A DNA stretch of 64,000 nucleotides from Myxococcota bacterium. GTDB taxonomy: Bacteria > Myxococcota_A > UBA796 > SXON01. Below, piece after piece: positions 27,561 to 39,187 of the stretch. Position 1 is the stretch's first letter. The number at the start of each line of letters is the position of its first letter. The position numbers and the translations under genes are program-made. The notes under the pieces are model-generated. The model was not told the DNA's origin. It did no database searches and saw only the letters and a list, made by a program, of their open reading frames with translations. The stretch is taken from the NCBI GenBank assembly GCA_040386535.1, contig JAZKFH010000009.1, positions 160,001 to 224,000 on the forward strand, in the 5' to 3' direction.

Positions 27561-28517
27561 TCACTCGAGGTGGGCCGGCCCGCCCGGCGCGAGCAGCTCG
27601 ACCCGGTCTGTCACGGCGGAGAGCGCGGCGCGCACCCGCTCGGCGTCCGCCGCCTCGCAGAGCACCTTCACGTTCGGCCCCGCGTCCATCGTGTACCAGG
27701 CGCCGACGCCGAGGGCCCGCAGGCCTTTCACGGCGTCGATCGCGGCCATCGTGCCCGCGCGCCAGTAGCAGAGCGGGGGATCGGCGGCCATCATGCTCGC
27801 GTGCATGCGCATGGAGGAGCGCTCCACGATCGTGCCGAGCGCCTCGATGTCCTTGGCGCGCACGGCGGCGCGCGCCTCGTTCACGTCGCGCGGCGCGCAC
27901 TCGGTCCACACCGGGTAGTACGGCGAGGTCTGCTGCGTATGGACCATGCCGTCGGTGGAGGTGGTGCCCTTCGGGCCCGAGGCGAGCACGGCGACGAGCA
28001 TGCGCACGTCCCAGTGGTCGGGCGGCGCGAGGGGGATGCCGTGGCTGTCGGTGCCGTCCGCGCGGCTGCCCATCGGCCACTCCACCCAGCCGCCGAACAG
28101 GCTCCGCGTGGCGCTGCCCGAGCCGCGGCGTGCGAACACGGCGAGCTCCTCGACCGGGCGGCCGCGTCCAGACGCGGCGTCGGCGGCGAGCACGAGCGCG
28201 GCGAAGCCCGACGAGGACGACGCGAGGCCCGCCGCCGTCGGGAAATTGTTCTCGCTGGTGACGACGCAGCGCGGGCGCCACGGGTCGAGCAGGTCGAGGT
28301 TCATGAAGACGCGGCGCGCCTCCTTCCCGTCGAGCAGCTGGCCGTTGAGCCAGGCCTCGTCGGCCTCGGCGCCCCAGTTCACCGTGGTGCGGGTGGCGTA
28401 CGGCGCGAGCGTGAGGGACAAGCTCGGCGTGGCCGGCAGGTTCAACGCGCGATCACGCTTGCCCCAGTACTTGCAGAGCGCGATGTTCGGATGGGCGATG
28501 GCGGTGGCGATGGACAC
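27561..28517 (-). CDS. mvaD: Diphosphomevalonate decarboxylase
   Basis: NIALCKYWGK, NNFPTAAGLASSSSG, RRGSGSATRS, TMDAGPNVK. Confidence 0.95.
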   Translation of the reverse strand: MSIATAIAHPNIALCKYWGKRDRALNLPATPSLSLTLAPYATRTTVNWGAEADEAWLNGQLLDGKEARRVFMNLDLLDPWRPRCVVTSENNFPTAAGLASSSSGFAALVLAADAASGRGRPVEELAVFARRGSGSATRSLFGGWVEWPMGSRADGTDSHGIPLAPPDHWDVRMLVAVLASGPKGTTSTDGMVHTQQTSPYYPVWTECAPRDVNEARAAVRAKDIEALGTIVERSSMRMHASMMAADPPLCYWRAGTMAAIDAVKGLRALGVGAWYTMDAGPNVKVLCEAADAERVRAALSAVTDRVELLAPGGPAHLE

Positions 28518-28569
28518 GGCCGGCTCCTATCGCGATGGACCCGCGGCGGCGCCTCCGGTCGGCGCGGCT

Positions 28570-29427
28570 TCACCCGCCGACCACCACCCCGAACCCTCGA
28601 AACCCCGCCGCTCCCACCGCCACGAGCACCGCCGCCACACGCTCGGGCGCCACCACCCCGATCGCAACGCCCCCTCCGCCCGCCCCCGCGAGCTTCGCGC
28701 CGGACGCGCCCGCCTCGAGGAGGACGGCGCACGCGCGGTCGAGCGCCGGCGTCGAGACGCCGATGCGCCGCAGCAGCTGGTGGTTCTCGGTGAAGAGGGG
28801 GCCGGGGTCCTCGCCGCGCTGGAGCCGCGCCGAGACCATCTCCGCGAGCGCGCCGATGCGCCGCAGGTCGGCGTGGGGAGCGCGCGCGCGCACGCCGGCG
28901 ACCATCGCGGCGGTGTCGCCGGGGGTGCCCGTGTCCACGACCACGAGGTGCAGGGGCGTCGGCACGTCGATCGCTACGATCTCGGGCCCCTCGCGCTTGT
29001 AGAGCACCACCCGGTTCAGCGCGCTGACCGCGTGGTCCACGCCGGACGGGGTGCCGTGGAGCACACGTTCGGGCAGGAACCCCTTCTCGAAACACTCCTC
29101 GAAGTCGGCGTCCCGGCCCTCCCGCGCCGCCAGCGCGCGGATCGTCGCGACGGCGAGGGCGGCGCTCGATCCCATCCCGCAGCCGACGGGCAGATCGGAC
29201 TCGATGGAGACGCCGACCCCGTCCGTGGGGAGGAGCGTCGCGAGCGCGGGCCACACGCGATCGTCCCGGATCGCGCTGTGCTCCAGGGCCGAGGGGCCGG
29301 TGCGCGCGGTCAGGGTGACGGTGGTGCGCAGGGACACGGCCGCGGCCACGGCGCGGTAACCGTACACGACGGCGTGCTCCCCGGAGAGGATGAGCTTGCC
29401 GGGGGCCGCCCCGCGCCACGGGCCCAC
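28570..29427 (-). CDS. mvk: Mevalonate kinase
   Basis: APGKLILSGEHAVVYG, PVGCGMGSSAA, HGTPSGVD, AKLAGAGGGG. Confidence 0.9.
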   Translation of the reverse strand: MGPWRGAAPGKLILSGEHAVVYGYRAVAAAVSLRTTVTLTARTGPSALEHSAIRDDRVWPALATLLPTDGVGVSIESDLPVGCGMGSSAALAVATIRALAAREGRDADFEECFEKGFLPERVLHGTPSGVDHAVSALNRVVLYKREGPEIVAIDVPTPLHLVVVDTGTPGDTAAMVAGVRARAPHADLRRIGALAEMVSARLQRGEDPGPLFTENHQLLRRIGVSTPALDRACAVLLEAGASGAKLAGAGGGGVAIGVVAPERVAAVLVAVGAAGFRGFGVVVGG

Positions 29428-29431
29428 GCCG

Positions 29432-30709
29432 TCAGCCCGCGCGCAGCCGCGCGAGCTCGGCCTCCGCGCGCTCGGCCGTGAACTCGTGCGTCGCGACGAG
29501 CGCCTGCACGACGGCCGCCACCTCGGCGGGCTCCGCGCCGGCACCGAGCGCCACGGTGCGCGCGTGCATGCGCATGTGGCCCTCCTGGATGCCCTCGGTC
29601 GCGAGGGCCCGCAGGGCGCCGAGGTTCTGCACGAGGCCCACCGCCGCCATCAGGCAGGCGAGATCGCGCGCGCCCGACACCTCGGCCACCTTGAGGTTGG
29701 CCTGCACGGTGGGGTGCACGCGGATGGGGCCGCCCACGGTGCCGACCTGGAGCGGGAGGGTGAGCACCCCCACGAGGGTGCCCTCGCTGTCGATCTTCCA
29801 GGAGGAGAGGGGCTTGTAGCTCCCGGTGCGCGCGGCCCACGCGTGGGCGCCGGCCTCGATCGCGCGCCAGTCGTTGCCCGTCGCGATCGCCACGGCGTCG
29901 ATGCCGTTCATGATGCCCTTGTTGTGGGTCGCGGCGCGGTAGGGGTCGGCGTAGGCGAAGCGGTAGGCGGCGGCGATGCCCTCGGCCATCACGGCGCCGT
30001 CGTCCGGATCGAGGTGTTCGGGGCGGAGCCGCACGGTCGCCTTCGCGAGGCGCCGCTCGGCGAGGTTCGAGAGGATGCGCAAGCCGACGGTGCCGCCGCA
30101 GATGCGCGCGACATCGGGCGCGAGCCGCTCCGCGAGCGTGTTCACCATGTTGGCGCCCATGGCGTCGACGCAGTCGAGCCAGAAGTGGAGCACCACCATG
30201 TCCTCCGGCACCTCACCGGGCTCGTCGTACCGGAGCTCGCGCACCTCCATCCCGCGCACGCCGCCGCCGAGCTGCTCGAGCTGCACGTGCACGCCCCGAC
30301 ACTGCTCGGTCAGCTGCGGGATCGCGAGCCGCAGGCGTTCGGCCGCGCCGGGGGAGGGGCCGATGATCTGCACCTGGCCGATCATCTCGCTGGTGTCGGC
30401 CTCGGCGACGATCCCGCCGCTCGGCCGCGCGATGCGGGCCATGTTGGAGACCGCCGCCACCACGCTCGGCTCCTCCATCGCCATCGGCACGAGCCGGTCG
30501 CGGCCGTTGACCACGAGGTTGACCGCCACGCCGCAGGGAAGGGCGAGCAGGCCGACCACATTCTCGATCATCGCGTCGGCCCGCGCGAGGGAGAGCCCGG
30601 CGTCGGTGTACGCGAGCAGCTCCGCCTCGGTGAGCCCGACGTGGGCACCGACGGCGGCGCGCCGCGCCTCGGGGGTCAGGCGGTAGAAGCCGGGGATACG
30701 AGACGACAT
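29432..30709 (-). CDS. mvaA: Class II hydroxymethylglutaryl-CoA reductase
   Basis: MIENVVG, EEPSVVAA, DAMGANMVNT, ATHNKGIMNG, TGNDWRA, EGIQEGHM. Confidence 0.93.
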   Translation of the reverse strand: MSSRIPGFYRLTPEARRAAVGAHVGLTEAELLAYTDAGLSLARADAMIENVVGLLALPCGVAVNLVVNGRDRLVPMAMEEPSVVAAVSNMARIARPSGGIVAEADTSEMIGQVQIIGPSPGAAERLRLAIPQLTEQCRGVHVQLEQLGGGVRGMEVRELRYDEPGEVPEDMVVLHFWLDCVDAMGANMVNTLAERLAPDVARICGGTVGLRILSNLAERRLAKATVRLRPEHLDPDDGAVMAEGIAAAYRFAYADPYRAATHNKGIMNGIDAVAIATGNDWRAIEAGAHAWAARTGSYKPLSSWKIDSEGTLVGVLTLPLQVGTVGGPIRVHPTVQANLKVAEVSGARDLACLMAAVGLVQNLGALRALATEGIQEGHMRMHARTVALGAGAEPAEVAAVVQALVATHEFTAERAEAELARLRAG

Positions 30710-30749
30710 CGGCGCCTCGTAACCCACACGTGCTCGCCGCTCACCGGGA

Positions 30750-32573
<1,824 letters not shown>

Positions 32574-32675
32574 TGCTTCCTCCGAAGGCCGTCGTTTAAC
32601 GTCTATGTGACGGCCCGCGCACGAGATTGGGGAGAACGAGACACGCGCACCCCTGCACGGCTGCCGCGCCGCGGG

Positions 32676-34409
32676 TCAGTTCTCGATCGGATGCCGGTCT
32701 GTTGTTTCCGCGACCCGCCAGGACGCGAGGTCGCGCCACGCGCCGAGGACGTCGATCTTCGCGTCCTCGAAGCGCTTGTCGACCGCCACGATCTCGTCCG
32801 TCCAGTAGAGGAACGTGTAGGGCTGGTCGTCATAGATGACCTGCTGCAGCTCCTGCCAGGTCACGGCCGAGCGGGCGCCGTCGGGCTCCGCGAGCCCCTG
32901 GCCCAGCAGGCGCGCCACTTCCGGGTTGCGGTACTGCGTGAAGTTGAACTCGCTGTCCGGCGCCCAGATCACCGAGGGATCGACGTAGAGCGAGGCGGAC
33001 CAGCCCGACAAGGCAGCGTCGTAGTCGCCGGTGCGGAGCCGCGCGAAGAACACGGCGCCGTGGAGGGGCTCGAGCAGGACGTCCAGGCCCACGGCCCGCA
33101 GATTGGCCGCCACGCGCTCAGCCGCGCCGACGCGCCGGGGGTTGTCGTCGTTGTAGGCCAGGCCGAAGCGGAACGGCACGCCGCCCTTGTCCAGCCACCC
33201 GTCGGCGTTCGTGTCCGCCCATCCCAGCTCGAGGAGCCGCGCGCGCGCGTCGTCGGGGCCGTAGGGGATGGGCTTGATGCTGTCGTTGTGGACCCCGCAC
33301 AACGCGGGTGTGACGGTCCCCACGGCCGGGCGCCCGTACACCTCGCCGGTGGCGGTCGAGGTCAACAGGTCCCGGATGAGCGCGTCGGTGTCGATCGCCA
33401 TCGTGAGCGCGCGCCGCACCTCGCGGTCGCCGAACAAGGGATGGGGCGCCGGGCTCGTGTCCGGCCTGGCGCCTCCCTGCGCGCCCGCCTTCGTGGCGTC
33501 CCCGCGCCGCCCGACCCCGTTCCACGCCACGTAGTCCATGGTGCGCCAGCCGCGGCGGCGCAGCGTGAGCTCGCCCCGGCCGCCCAGCGCCGACGGGGCC
33601 GCCAGGGTGTCGGCGTCCGCCACGAGCACGTCGGCCATCAGGTGGATGGCGCCGCTCTTGAGCGCTTCGAGGCGTGCGGCGTAGTCAGGGAGCACCTCGA
33701 GGACCACGCGCCCGAGCCGGGGACGCATCTCGTCGGGACCGGTGAAGCGCTCGTTCGGCTCCAGGACGAGGCGCGCGCCTTTGTCCCAGCGGGCGAGCTT
33801 CCACGGCCCGTTCCCCATCGGGGTCTGGGCGTCGAGCGGATGTTCGCGCAAGGAGCGGCGCGCGACGGAGGGGTTGTCGAGCAGGTGCTTCGGCACGGCC
33901 GGCAGGTTCCCGATGTGGGAGAGCATGCGCGTGCGGTCGTAGGCCTCGGTGAACTCGAACTCGATGGTGGTCGGCCCCACGATGCGCGGCGCCGCGCCCG
34001 GCATAACGCGCGCGAGGTTCTCCGCCTGGGGGCTCGCCACCGCGGGGTCGGCCACCAGCTCGTAGGCGAAGCGCAGATCCTCGGCGGTGACCGCGGTGCC
34101 GTCCTGCCAGGTGAGCCTGTCGTCCAGCTCCATGCGGATCGTGCGGCCATCCGGCGAGAAGGTCCACGACTTCGCCCACGCGGGCTTGAAGTCGAGCGCG
34201 CAGTCGAAGTCGGTCTCGAGCAGGGGGACGTTCAGCGCGGAGACGACGTTGCCATCTCCCGGGGACTGGTAGAGGACCGGGAGGAAGTCCTTCACGTCCG
34301 CCGGGACCCCGATGATCAGCGTCTCACTCTCGTCGGATGCCGCCGGCCCTTCCGCCGGAGGCGGGCAGGCCGAGAGCACGAGGAGCAACGGGAGAAGCGA
34401 GCGCCGCAC
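32676..34409 (-). CDS. ABC transporter substrate-binding lipoprotein, family 5 (peptide/nickel)
   Basis: LSAC lipobox; AKSWTFSPDG, WQDGTAVTAEDLRF, PMGNGPW, VRRALTMAID. Confidence 0.88.
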   Translation of the reverse strand: MRRSLLPLLLVLSACPPPAEGPAASDESETLIIGVPADVKDFLPVLYQSPGDGNVVSALNVPLLETDFDCALDFKPAWAKSWTFSPDGRTIRMELDDRLTWQDGTAVTAEDLRFAYELVADPAVASPQAENLARVMPGAAPRIVGPTTIEFEFTEAYDRTRMLSHIGNLPAVPKHLLDNPSVARRSLREHPLDAQTPMGNGPWKLARWDKGARLVLEPNERFTGPDEMRPRLGRVVLEVLPDYAARLEALKSGAIHLMADVLVADADTLAAPSALGGRGELTLRRRGWRTMDYVAWNGVGRRGDATKAGAQGGARPDTSPAPHPLFGDREVRRALTMAIDTDALIRDLLTSTATGEVYGRPAVGTVTPALCGVHNDSIKPIPYGPDDARARLLELGWADTNADGWLDKGGVPFRFGLAYNDDNPRRVGAAERVAANLRAVGLDVLLEPLHGAVFFARLRTGDYDAALSGWSASLYVDPSVIWAPDSEFNFTQYRNPEVARLLGQGLAEPDGARSAVTWQELQQVIYDDQPYTFLYWTDEIVAVDKRFEDAKIDVLGAWRDLASWRVAETTDRHPIEN

Positions 34410-34417
34410 GCCCAGGA

Positions 34418-34993
34418 TCAGGTGCCGTTCGTGGCGTCGGGCGTCGGGGCGCCGTACTGCATCGGCTGGTCCTCGTTGCCATCGGGCTTGCGGGCCGCCG
34501 AGATGTTCGGCTGCTGGGTGCCGTACTCGATCGCGTCGACCCGCACGGATTCGCCGCCCTCGGCGTAGCTGAGGAGGAGGGACTCGCCGGAGCTGGAGAG
34601 CTTGAAGCTCATGTGGCGGTCACCCTGGCTCGGGGCGCCCGAGTCGCCCTCGCCGTCATCGTCGTCCGCCCAGAAGAGCGCGTAGCCGCCGGCGTCGATG
34701 CCCTGGCCGGTGGGGAGCGCCCACTTCAGCGGCTCGGCGGGGTCGTCCGAGATGTACAGACCGTCGAACTGCACGATGGTCGTGCCGGTGTTGTAGATCT
34801 CGACCCAGTCGTCGAACTGGCCCGCGCTGTCGGCGTTGATCGAGTCGTTCATCGCGAGGAACTCGTTGATGACGACCGTGGGGGCCACGAGGGAGGAAGG
34901 ATCGGTGTCCTTGTCCTTGCCGGGAGAGGTGTCGTCCCCGACGGAGACGTCAGTGCTCGTGCAGGCGAGGAGGAACGGCAGCAGGTAGGTCAT
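34418..34993 (-). CDS. Lamin-tail-domain (LTD) lipoprotein
   Basis: VVINEFLAMN, DDWVEIYN, YISDD, FKLSSSGE, PTPDATN; alternative start at 35005. Confidence 0.8.
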   Translation of the reverse strand: MTYLLPFLLACTSTDVSVGDDTSPGKDKDTDPSSLVAPTVVINEFLAMNDSINADSAGQFDDWVEIYNTGTTIVQFDGLYISDDPAEPLKWALPTGQGIDAGGYALFWADDDDGEGDSGAPSQGDRHMSFKLSSSGESLLLSYAEGGESVRVDAIEYGTQQPNISAARKPDGNEDQPMQYGAPTPDATNGT

Positions 34994-35270
34994 CGAGAAC
35001 TCCATCGGGGGGAGGCCCCCTCGGTCACGGCAGCGCAGGAGGTGGGCCCGGGGGCCACCGTCCTCCTGGTAGGCGCGCGGAGGCTCCGCGGAAACCTTGA
35101 ACCGGAAGGTCGGACGAGGACGAAGCGCCGAGGCGGGCCCTGGAGCGTCGTCCGCATCGGGTCAGTGTACCACCGGACCGGCGCTCCGGTAGCCGAGACT
35201 AAGGTTCCTCGATGGGTCCTCGCTCCGAACGCGGGCGGAAGGTGGTAGGATTCCCATTCTCCCTGCCGAG

Positions 35271-36755
35271 GTGTCCGTGTCCGAGAAGAAGACCAAGATC
35301 CTCTTCATCAAATACCACGAGGCCGCCGACCAGCAGCCGCTGAGCAAGAAGGCAGCTGAGAAGCTCGGGATCTTCCCGTCCCTCGCCCTCGCCCAGCTCG
35401 CGGCGTGGTGCCGGCACCACGGCTACCAGGTCGGCCTCATCGACCTGCACGCCGAGAACCTCTACCCGAAGGACGCGGGCGGCCGCGTGCGCGACTTCGC
35501 GCCGGACATCGTCGCCCTCACGGCGAAGACCCTCGGCTGGCCCGCCACGATCGAGATCGCGCAGATGGTCAAGGCCGAGTACCCCCGCGCCCTCGTGGTC
35601 GTGGGTGGTCCCCAGCTCTCCATCTACCCGAAGGAGTCGATGACGTGGGACTGCTTCGACATGGCCGTGGTCGGCGATGGCGAAGAGACCATGCTCGACA
35701 TCTGTGATCACGTCGAGAGCGGCTCCGATCTCGACAAGATCCCGGGCACCGTCATCCGCACGAAGGACGGCGAGATCGTCCAGAACCCGAGCCGGCCCGT
35801 TCCCAAGGACATCGATCGGTATCCGATGCCCGCGTGGGATCTGCTCCCGATGAACAGCTACAACTGCCTGACGCTGCTCAAGCCGTTCGCCACCATGGTG
35901 ACGACGCGCGGCTGCCCCTGGCACTGTGGCTACTGCTCCCAGGTGTACAGCGAGAAGCTCCGCTTCCGCGATCCCATGCTCGTCGTCGACGAGATGGAGC
36001 ACCTCGAGAAGACCTACGGCGTGCGCGAGATCGTCATGTTCGACGAGACGTTCACGATCGGCAAGAAGCGCATGCGGAAGCTCTCCGAGGAGATCCTCCG
36101 GCGCAACCTCAAGGTCAAGTTCAACATCCGCGCCCGCGTCGACACGGTCGACCGCGAGACGCTCACGCTGCTCAAGCGCGCCGGCCTCAAGAGCATCCAC
36201 ATGGGTGTCGAGGCCGGGACCGACCGCGTCCTCAAGATCATGAACAAGCAGATCACGCGCGAGCAGACGGAGAAGGCGTTCCGCATCGCGCGTGAGGTCG
36301 GCATCGAGACCCGCGGCTACTTCATGGTCGGCTACTACGACGCCACCCCGGACGACGTCGAGGAGATGATCCGCTTCTCCGCCAACATCGGCCTGGACTG
36401 GGCGAGCTACTCCGTCGCGACCGCGCTGCCCGCGACCGACCTGTACCGCATCGCGCAGGAGCGCGGCTACGTCGATGGCGACTTCTGGCGCCGCTACACG
36501 ATCAACGGCGGCGGGCCCATCCCGCAGCTCGAGACCGAAACGTTCACCGCCGAGCGCCTGCGCCAGTACCGCACCAAGGCGTACATGAACTTCTACCTCC
36601 GCCCCGACCTCATCCGTCGCAAGCTCTCCAAGAGCGAGGGCCGGGAGGAGCTGATGGAGATGTTGGGCGGCGTGACCGTGCTCTCGGAGATCCTCAAGAG
36701 CACGCTGACGAAGGCCATCCCGAGCGTCGGCATCGGCAAGTGGGGCACCGTCTAG
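35271..36755 (+). CDS. Cobalamin-binding radical SAM protein
   Basis: N-terminal B12-binding domain (VVGGPQ, GDGEET); TRGCPWHCGYC; FDETFT; GVEAG. Confidence 0.9.
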   Translation: MSVSEKKTKILFIKYHEAADQQPLSKKAAEKLGIFPSLALAQLAAWCRHHGYQVGLIDLHAENLYPKDAGGRVRDFAPDIVALTAKTLGWPATIEIAQMVKAEYPRALVVVGGPQLSIYPKESMTWDCFDMAVVGDGEETMLDICDHVESGSDLDKIPGTVIRTKDGEIVQNPSRPVPKDIDRYPMPAWDLLPMNSYNCLTLLKPFATMVTTRGCPWHCGYCSQVYSEKLRFRDPMLVVDEMEHLEKTYGVREIVMFDETFTIGKKRMRKLSEEILRRNLKVKFNIRARVDTVDRETLTLLKRAGLKSIHMGVEAGTDRVLKIMNKQITREQTEKAFRIAREVGIETRGYFMVGYYDATPDDVEEMIRFSANIGLDWASYSVATALPATDLYRIAQERGYVDGDFWRRYTINGGGPIPQLETETFTAERLRQYRTKAYMNFYLRPDLIRRKLSKSEGREELMEMLGGVTVLSEILKSTLTKAIPSVGIGKWGTV

Positions 36756-38101
36756 TCCTGGGCTCCGCGGTCGACACGACAGCACCGGCGCCGCCCTCCC
36801 AGGGGGCGGCGTTGCGCTTTTGGCTATGGCTCGGTTTCGTCAGCTTCGGCGGGCCGGCGGGCCAGATCGCGGTGATGCACCGGGAGCTCGTGGATCGTCG
36901 GCGCTGGATCAGCGAGCGGCGCTTCCTGCACGCCCTGCAGTACTGCATGGTGCTGCCCGGCCCCGAGGCCCAGCAGCTCGCCACCTACATCGGGTGGCTC
37001 CTGCACGGCGTCTGGGGCGGCATCGCCGCGGGGGCGCTGTTCGTGCTCCCCTCGCTGGGGATGTTGATCGGGCTCGCGTGGCTGTACGTGCTGCACGGAG
37101 ACCTCCCCGTCGTGGCCGCCGTGCTCTCCGGCGTGCGCCCCGCCGTGGTCGCCGTCGTGCTCGCCGCCGCGTGGCGCATCGGCCGCCGCACCTTGCGCCA
37201 CCCCGCGCTCGCGGCGCTCGCGGTGGCGTCGTTCATCGCGATCTTCGCGCTGGACGTGCCCTTCCCGTGGATCGTGCTCGGCGCCGCGCTCATCGGGGCC
37301 ATCGGCGGGCGCGTGGCGCCGAAGGCCTTCTACGTGGGCGGGGGCCACGGCCCCATTGTCGTCGGGGAGGCCGGCAAGGCCGTGCTCGACGAGGACACGC
37401 CGCTCCCCACGTGGGCGCGGTTCTCGCCGGTCCGCCTGGCCGCCCAGGTAGTGGTGACGCTGGCGCTCGGGCTCGCCGGCTACGCCGCCGTGTGGAGCGT
37501 GGACGGCTCGGACGGCACGCTCGCGCAGATGGCCCGCTTCTTCACCCAGGCGGCGCTCCTCACGTTCGGCGGCGCGTACGCGGTCCTGCCCTATGTCTAC
37601 GCGGGCGCGGTCGACACACACGGGTGGCTGCTCGGCCCCCAGATGATGGACGGCCTCGCGCTCGGCGAGGCCACCCCCGGCCCCCTCATCATGATCGTGG
37701 CCTGGGTCGGCTTCCTCGGCGGCTGGCAGGTGCCCGTCGCGGGGATGCCGGTCTGGCTCTCGGCTGTGGCCGGGGGGTGCGTCGCCGCGTTCTACACCTT
37801 CCTGCCCTCGTTCCTGTTCATCCTGGCAGGCGGCCCGCTCGTCGAGGCGTCCCGCGACATGCCACGGCTCACCGCGCCGCTCGCCGGCGTCACGGCGGCG
37901 GTAGTCGGCGTGATCGTGAACCTCGCCGTGTTCTTCGCGCTGCACGCCGTGTTTCCGGAGGGGACCGGCGCATCGCCGGACCTTCTCGCGATCGTCATCG
38001 GGATTGCGGCGGCCATCGCGGTGTTCCGCTACGAAGTGGGCGTCGTGAGGCTCCTGCTCGGGGCCGCGGCGGTGGGGTGGATCGCGTCGCTCGTCCCCTG
38101 A
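36740..38101 (+). CDS. chrA: Chromate efflux transporter (long-chain CHR)
   Basis: SFGGPAGQIA, LPGPEAQQLA, TFGGAYAV, TPGPLIM, FLPSF. Confidence 0.92.
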   Translation: MGHRLVLGSAVDTTAPAPPSQGAALRFWLWLGFVSFGGPAGQIAVMHRELVDRRRWISERRFLHALQYCMVLPGPEAQQLATYIGWLLHGVWGGIAAGALFVLPSLGMLIGLAWLYVLHGDLPVVAAVLSGVRPAVVAVVLAAAWRIGRRTLRHPALAALAVASFIAIFALDVPFPWIVLGAALIGAIGGRVAPKAFYVGGGHGPIVVGEAGKAVLDEDTPLPTWARFSPVRLAAQVVVTLALGLAGYAAVWSVDGSDGTLAQMARFFTQAALLTFGGAYAVLPYVYAGAVDTHGWLLGPQMMDGLALGEATPGPLIMIVAWVGFLGGWQVPVAGMPVWLSAVAGGCVAAFYTFLPSFLFILAGGPLVEASRDMPRLTAPLAGVTAAVVGVIVNLAVFFALHAVFPEGTGASPDLLAIVIGIAAAIAVFRYEVGVVRLLLGAAAVGWIASLVP

Positions 38102-38172
38102 CAAATGGGAGCACGAAAGTACTGCGCTCCCGTGACATGCCCGCGACACTAGGCGGGTAGGGGAATGTCTGC

Positions 38173-39177
38173 ATGACCCGCATCGCCCATCTGTCGGACC
38201 TGCACCTCCTGGAGCCCGCCGTCCGCGCGCGCCGCGGCAGCGACTGGTTCCGCGTGCACTACCTCTCCCTGAAGCGCTCCCTCGACTACATCGCGCGCCG
38301 CGCCCGCGCCGAGCAGGCCCTGCGCGCCGCGGTAGACCACGGGTTCGACCACCTCGTCATCACGGGGGATCTGACGGAGGACGGCGCGCTCGTCCAGTAC
38401 GAGGTCTTGGCGGACGTGCTGGAGGCCAGCGGGATCCCGCCCGAGCGCATCACGCTCCTGCCCGGCAACCATGACGCCTACGGGACGGCGATGCCCTGGG
38501 ACGTCGCGATCCAGGGCCCGTTGGCCCGTTGGGCCGCCACCAGCCGCGAGGGCGGCGCCGCGTGGCTGGACGACTGCGTCATCGTGCCCGTCTCCAGCGC
38601 CGTCCCGCAGACCTTCCTGCGCTCCTCGGGCCGCGTCGAGTCCCACGCGCTCGACCACGTCGGTGCCATTGCCGACCGCGAGCCCGGGCGCCCCGTCGTC
38701 ATCGCGCAGCACCACCCGCCGTACGCGGTCATGCACCAGTGGGTGCACGGGCTGTTGAACCACGAAGAGGTCACCGGGCTGCTCGAGGCGCGCGACAACG
38801 TGTCGGTGCTGCACGGGCACATCCACCGTCGCAAGGAGAGAGGGTTGGTCGCGGGTGGCCCGCTCCGCATCTTCTCGCCCTACGCCGTGGCCGACAACGC
38901 CGCGCCGCTCCGCATGTACGACGTGGTCGACGGGCTGTTGCGCCCCCTGGCCGCGGTGGCGGCGCGCCCGGATCCGCTCGTCGCCGTCGTGCGGGACGTC
39001 GAGGCGATGGGCGGGGTGGTCCTCCGGGACGTGGGCGCGCTCGGCGAGCTGGTGCGTCGCGACGTGGAGCATCTCGGCGAGGCGCTGCGCCACGACGTCG
39101 AGCACCTCGGCGAGGCCCTGCTCCACGACGTCGAGCACCTCGGCGAGGCGATCCGGGCCGAGAACCTCGGCCGCTGA
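38173..39177 (+). CDS. Metallophosphoesterase with C-terminal 11-residue repeats
   Basis: HLSDLH, ITGDLT, PGNHD, QHHPP, HGHIH. Confidence 0.88.
   Translation: MTRIAHLSDLHLLEPAVRARRGSDWFRVHYLSLKRSLDYIARRARAEQALRAAVDHGFDHLVITGDLTEDGALVQYEVLADVLEASGIPPERITLLPGNHDAYGTAMPWDVAIQGPLARWAATSREGGAAWLDDCVIVPVSSAVPQTFLRSSGRVESHALDHVGAIADREPGRPVVIAQHHPPYAVMHQWVHGLLNHEEVTGLLEARDNVSVLHGHIHRRKERGLVAGGPLRIFSPYAVADNAAPLRMYDVVDGLLRPLAAVAARPDPLVAVVRDVEAMGGVVLRDVGALGELVRRDVEHLGEALRHDVEHLGEALLHDVEHLGEAIRAENLGR
38992..39156 (+). repeat. Five 33-bp coding tandem repeats
   Basis: Units start at 38992, 39025, 39058, 39091 and 39124 and encode RDVEAMGGVVL, RDVGALGELVR, RDVEHLGEALR, HDVEHLGEALL, HDVEHLGEAIR. Confidence 0.85.
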
Positions 39178-39187
39178 CGAGGCCGAG

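Noticed and set aside
35006..35270. Cobalamin or c-di-GMP riboswitch, or 6S RNA (contains ACCTTGAACC)
   Set aside because: No B12-box or GEMM consensus is recognisable, and the short 6S-like word lacks its complementary partner.
38992..39156. CRISPR array
   Set aside because: The 33-bp units are contiguous, in frame and lack spacers; no cas genes are present.
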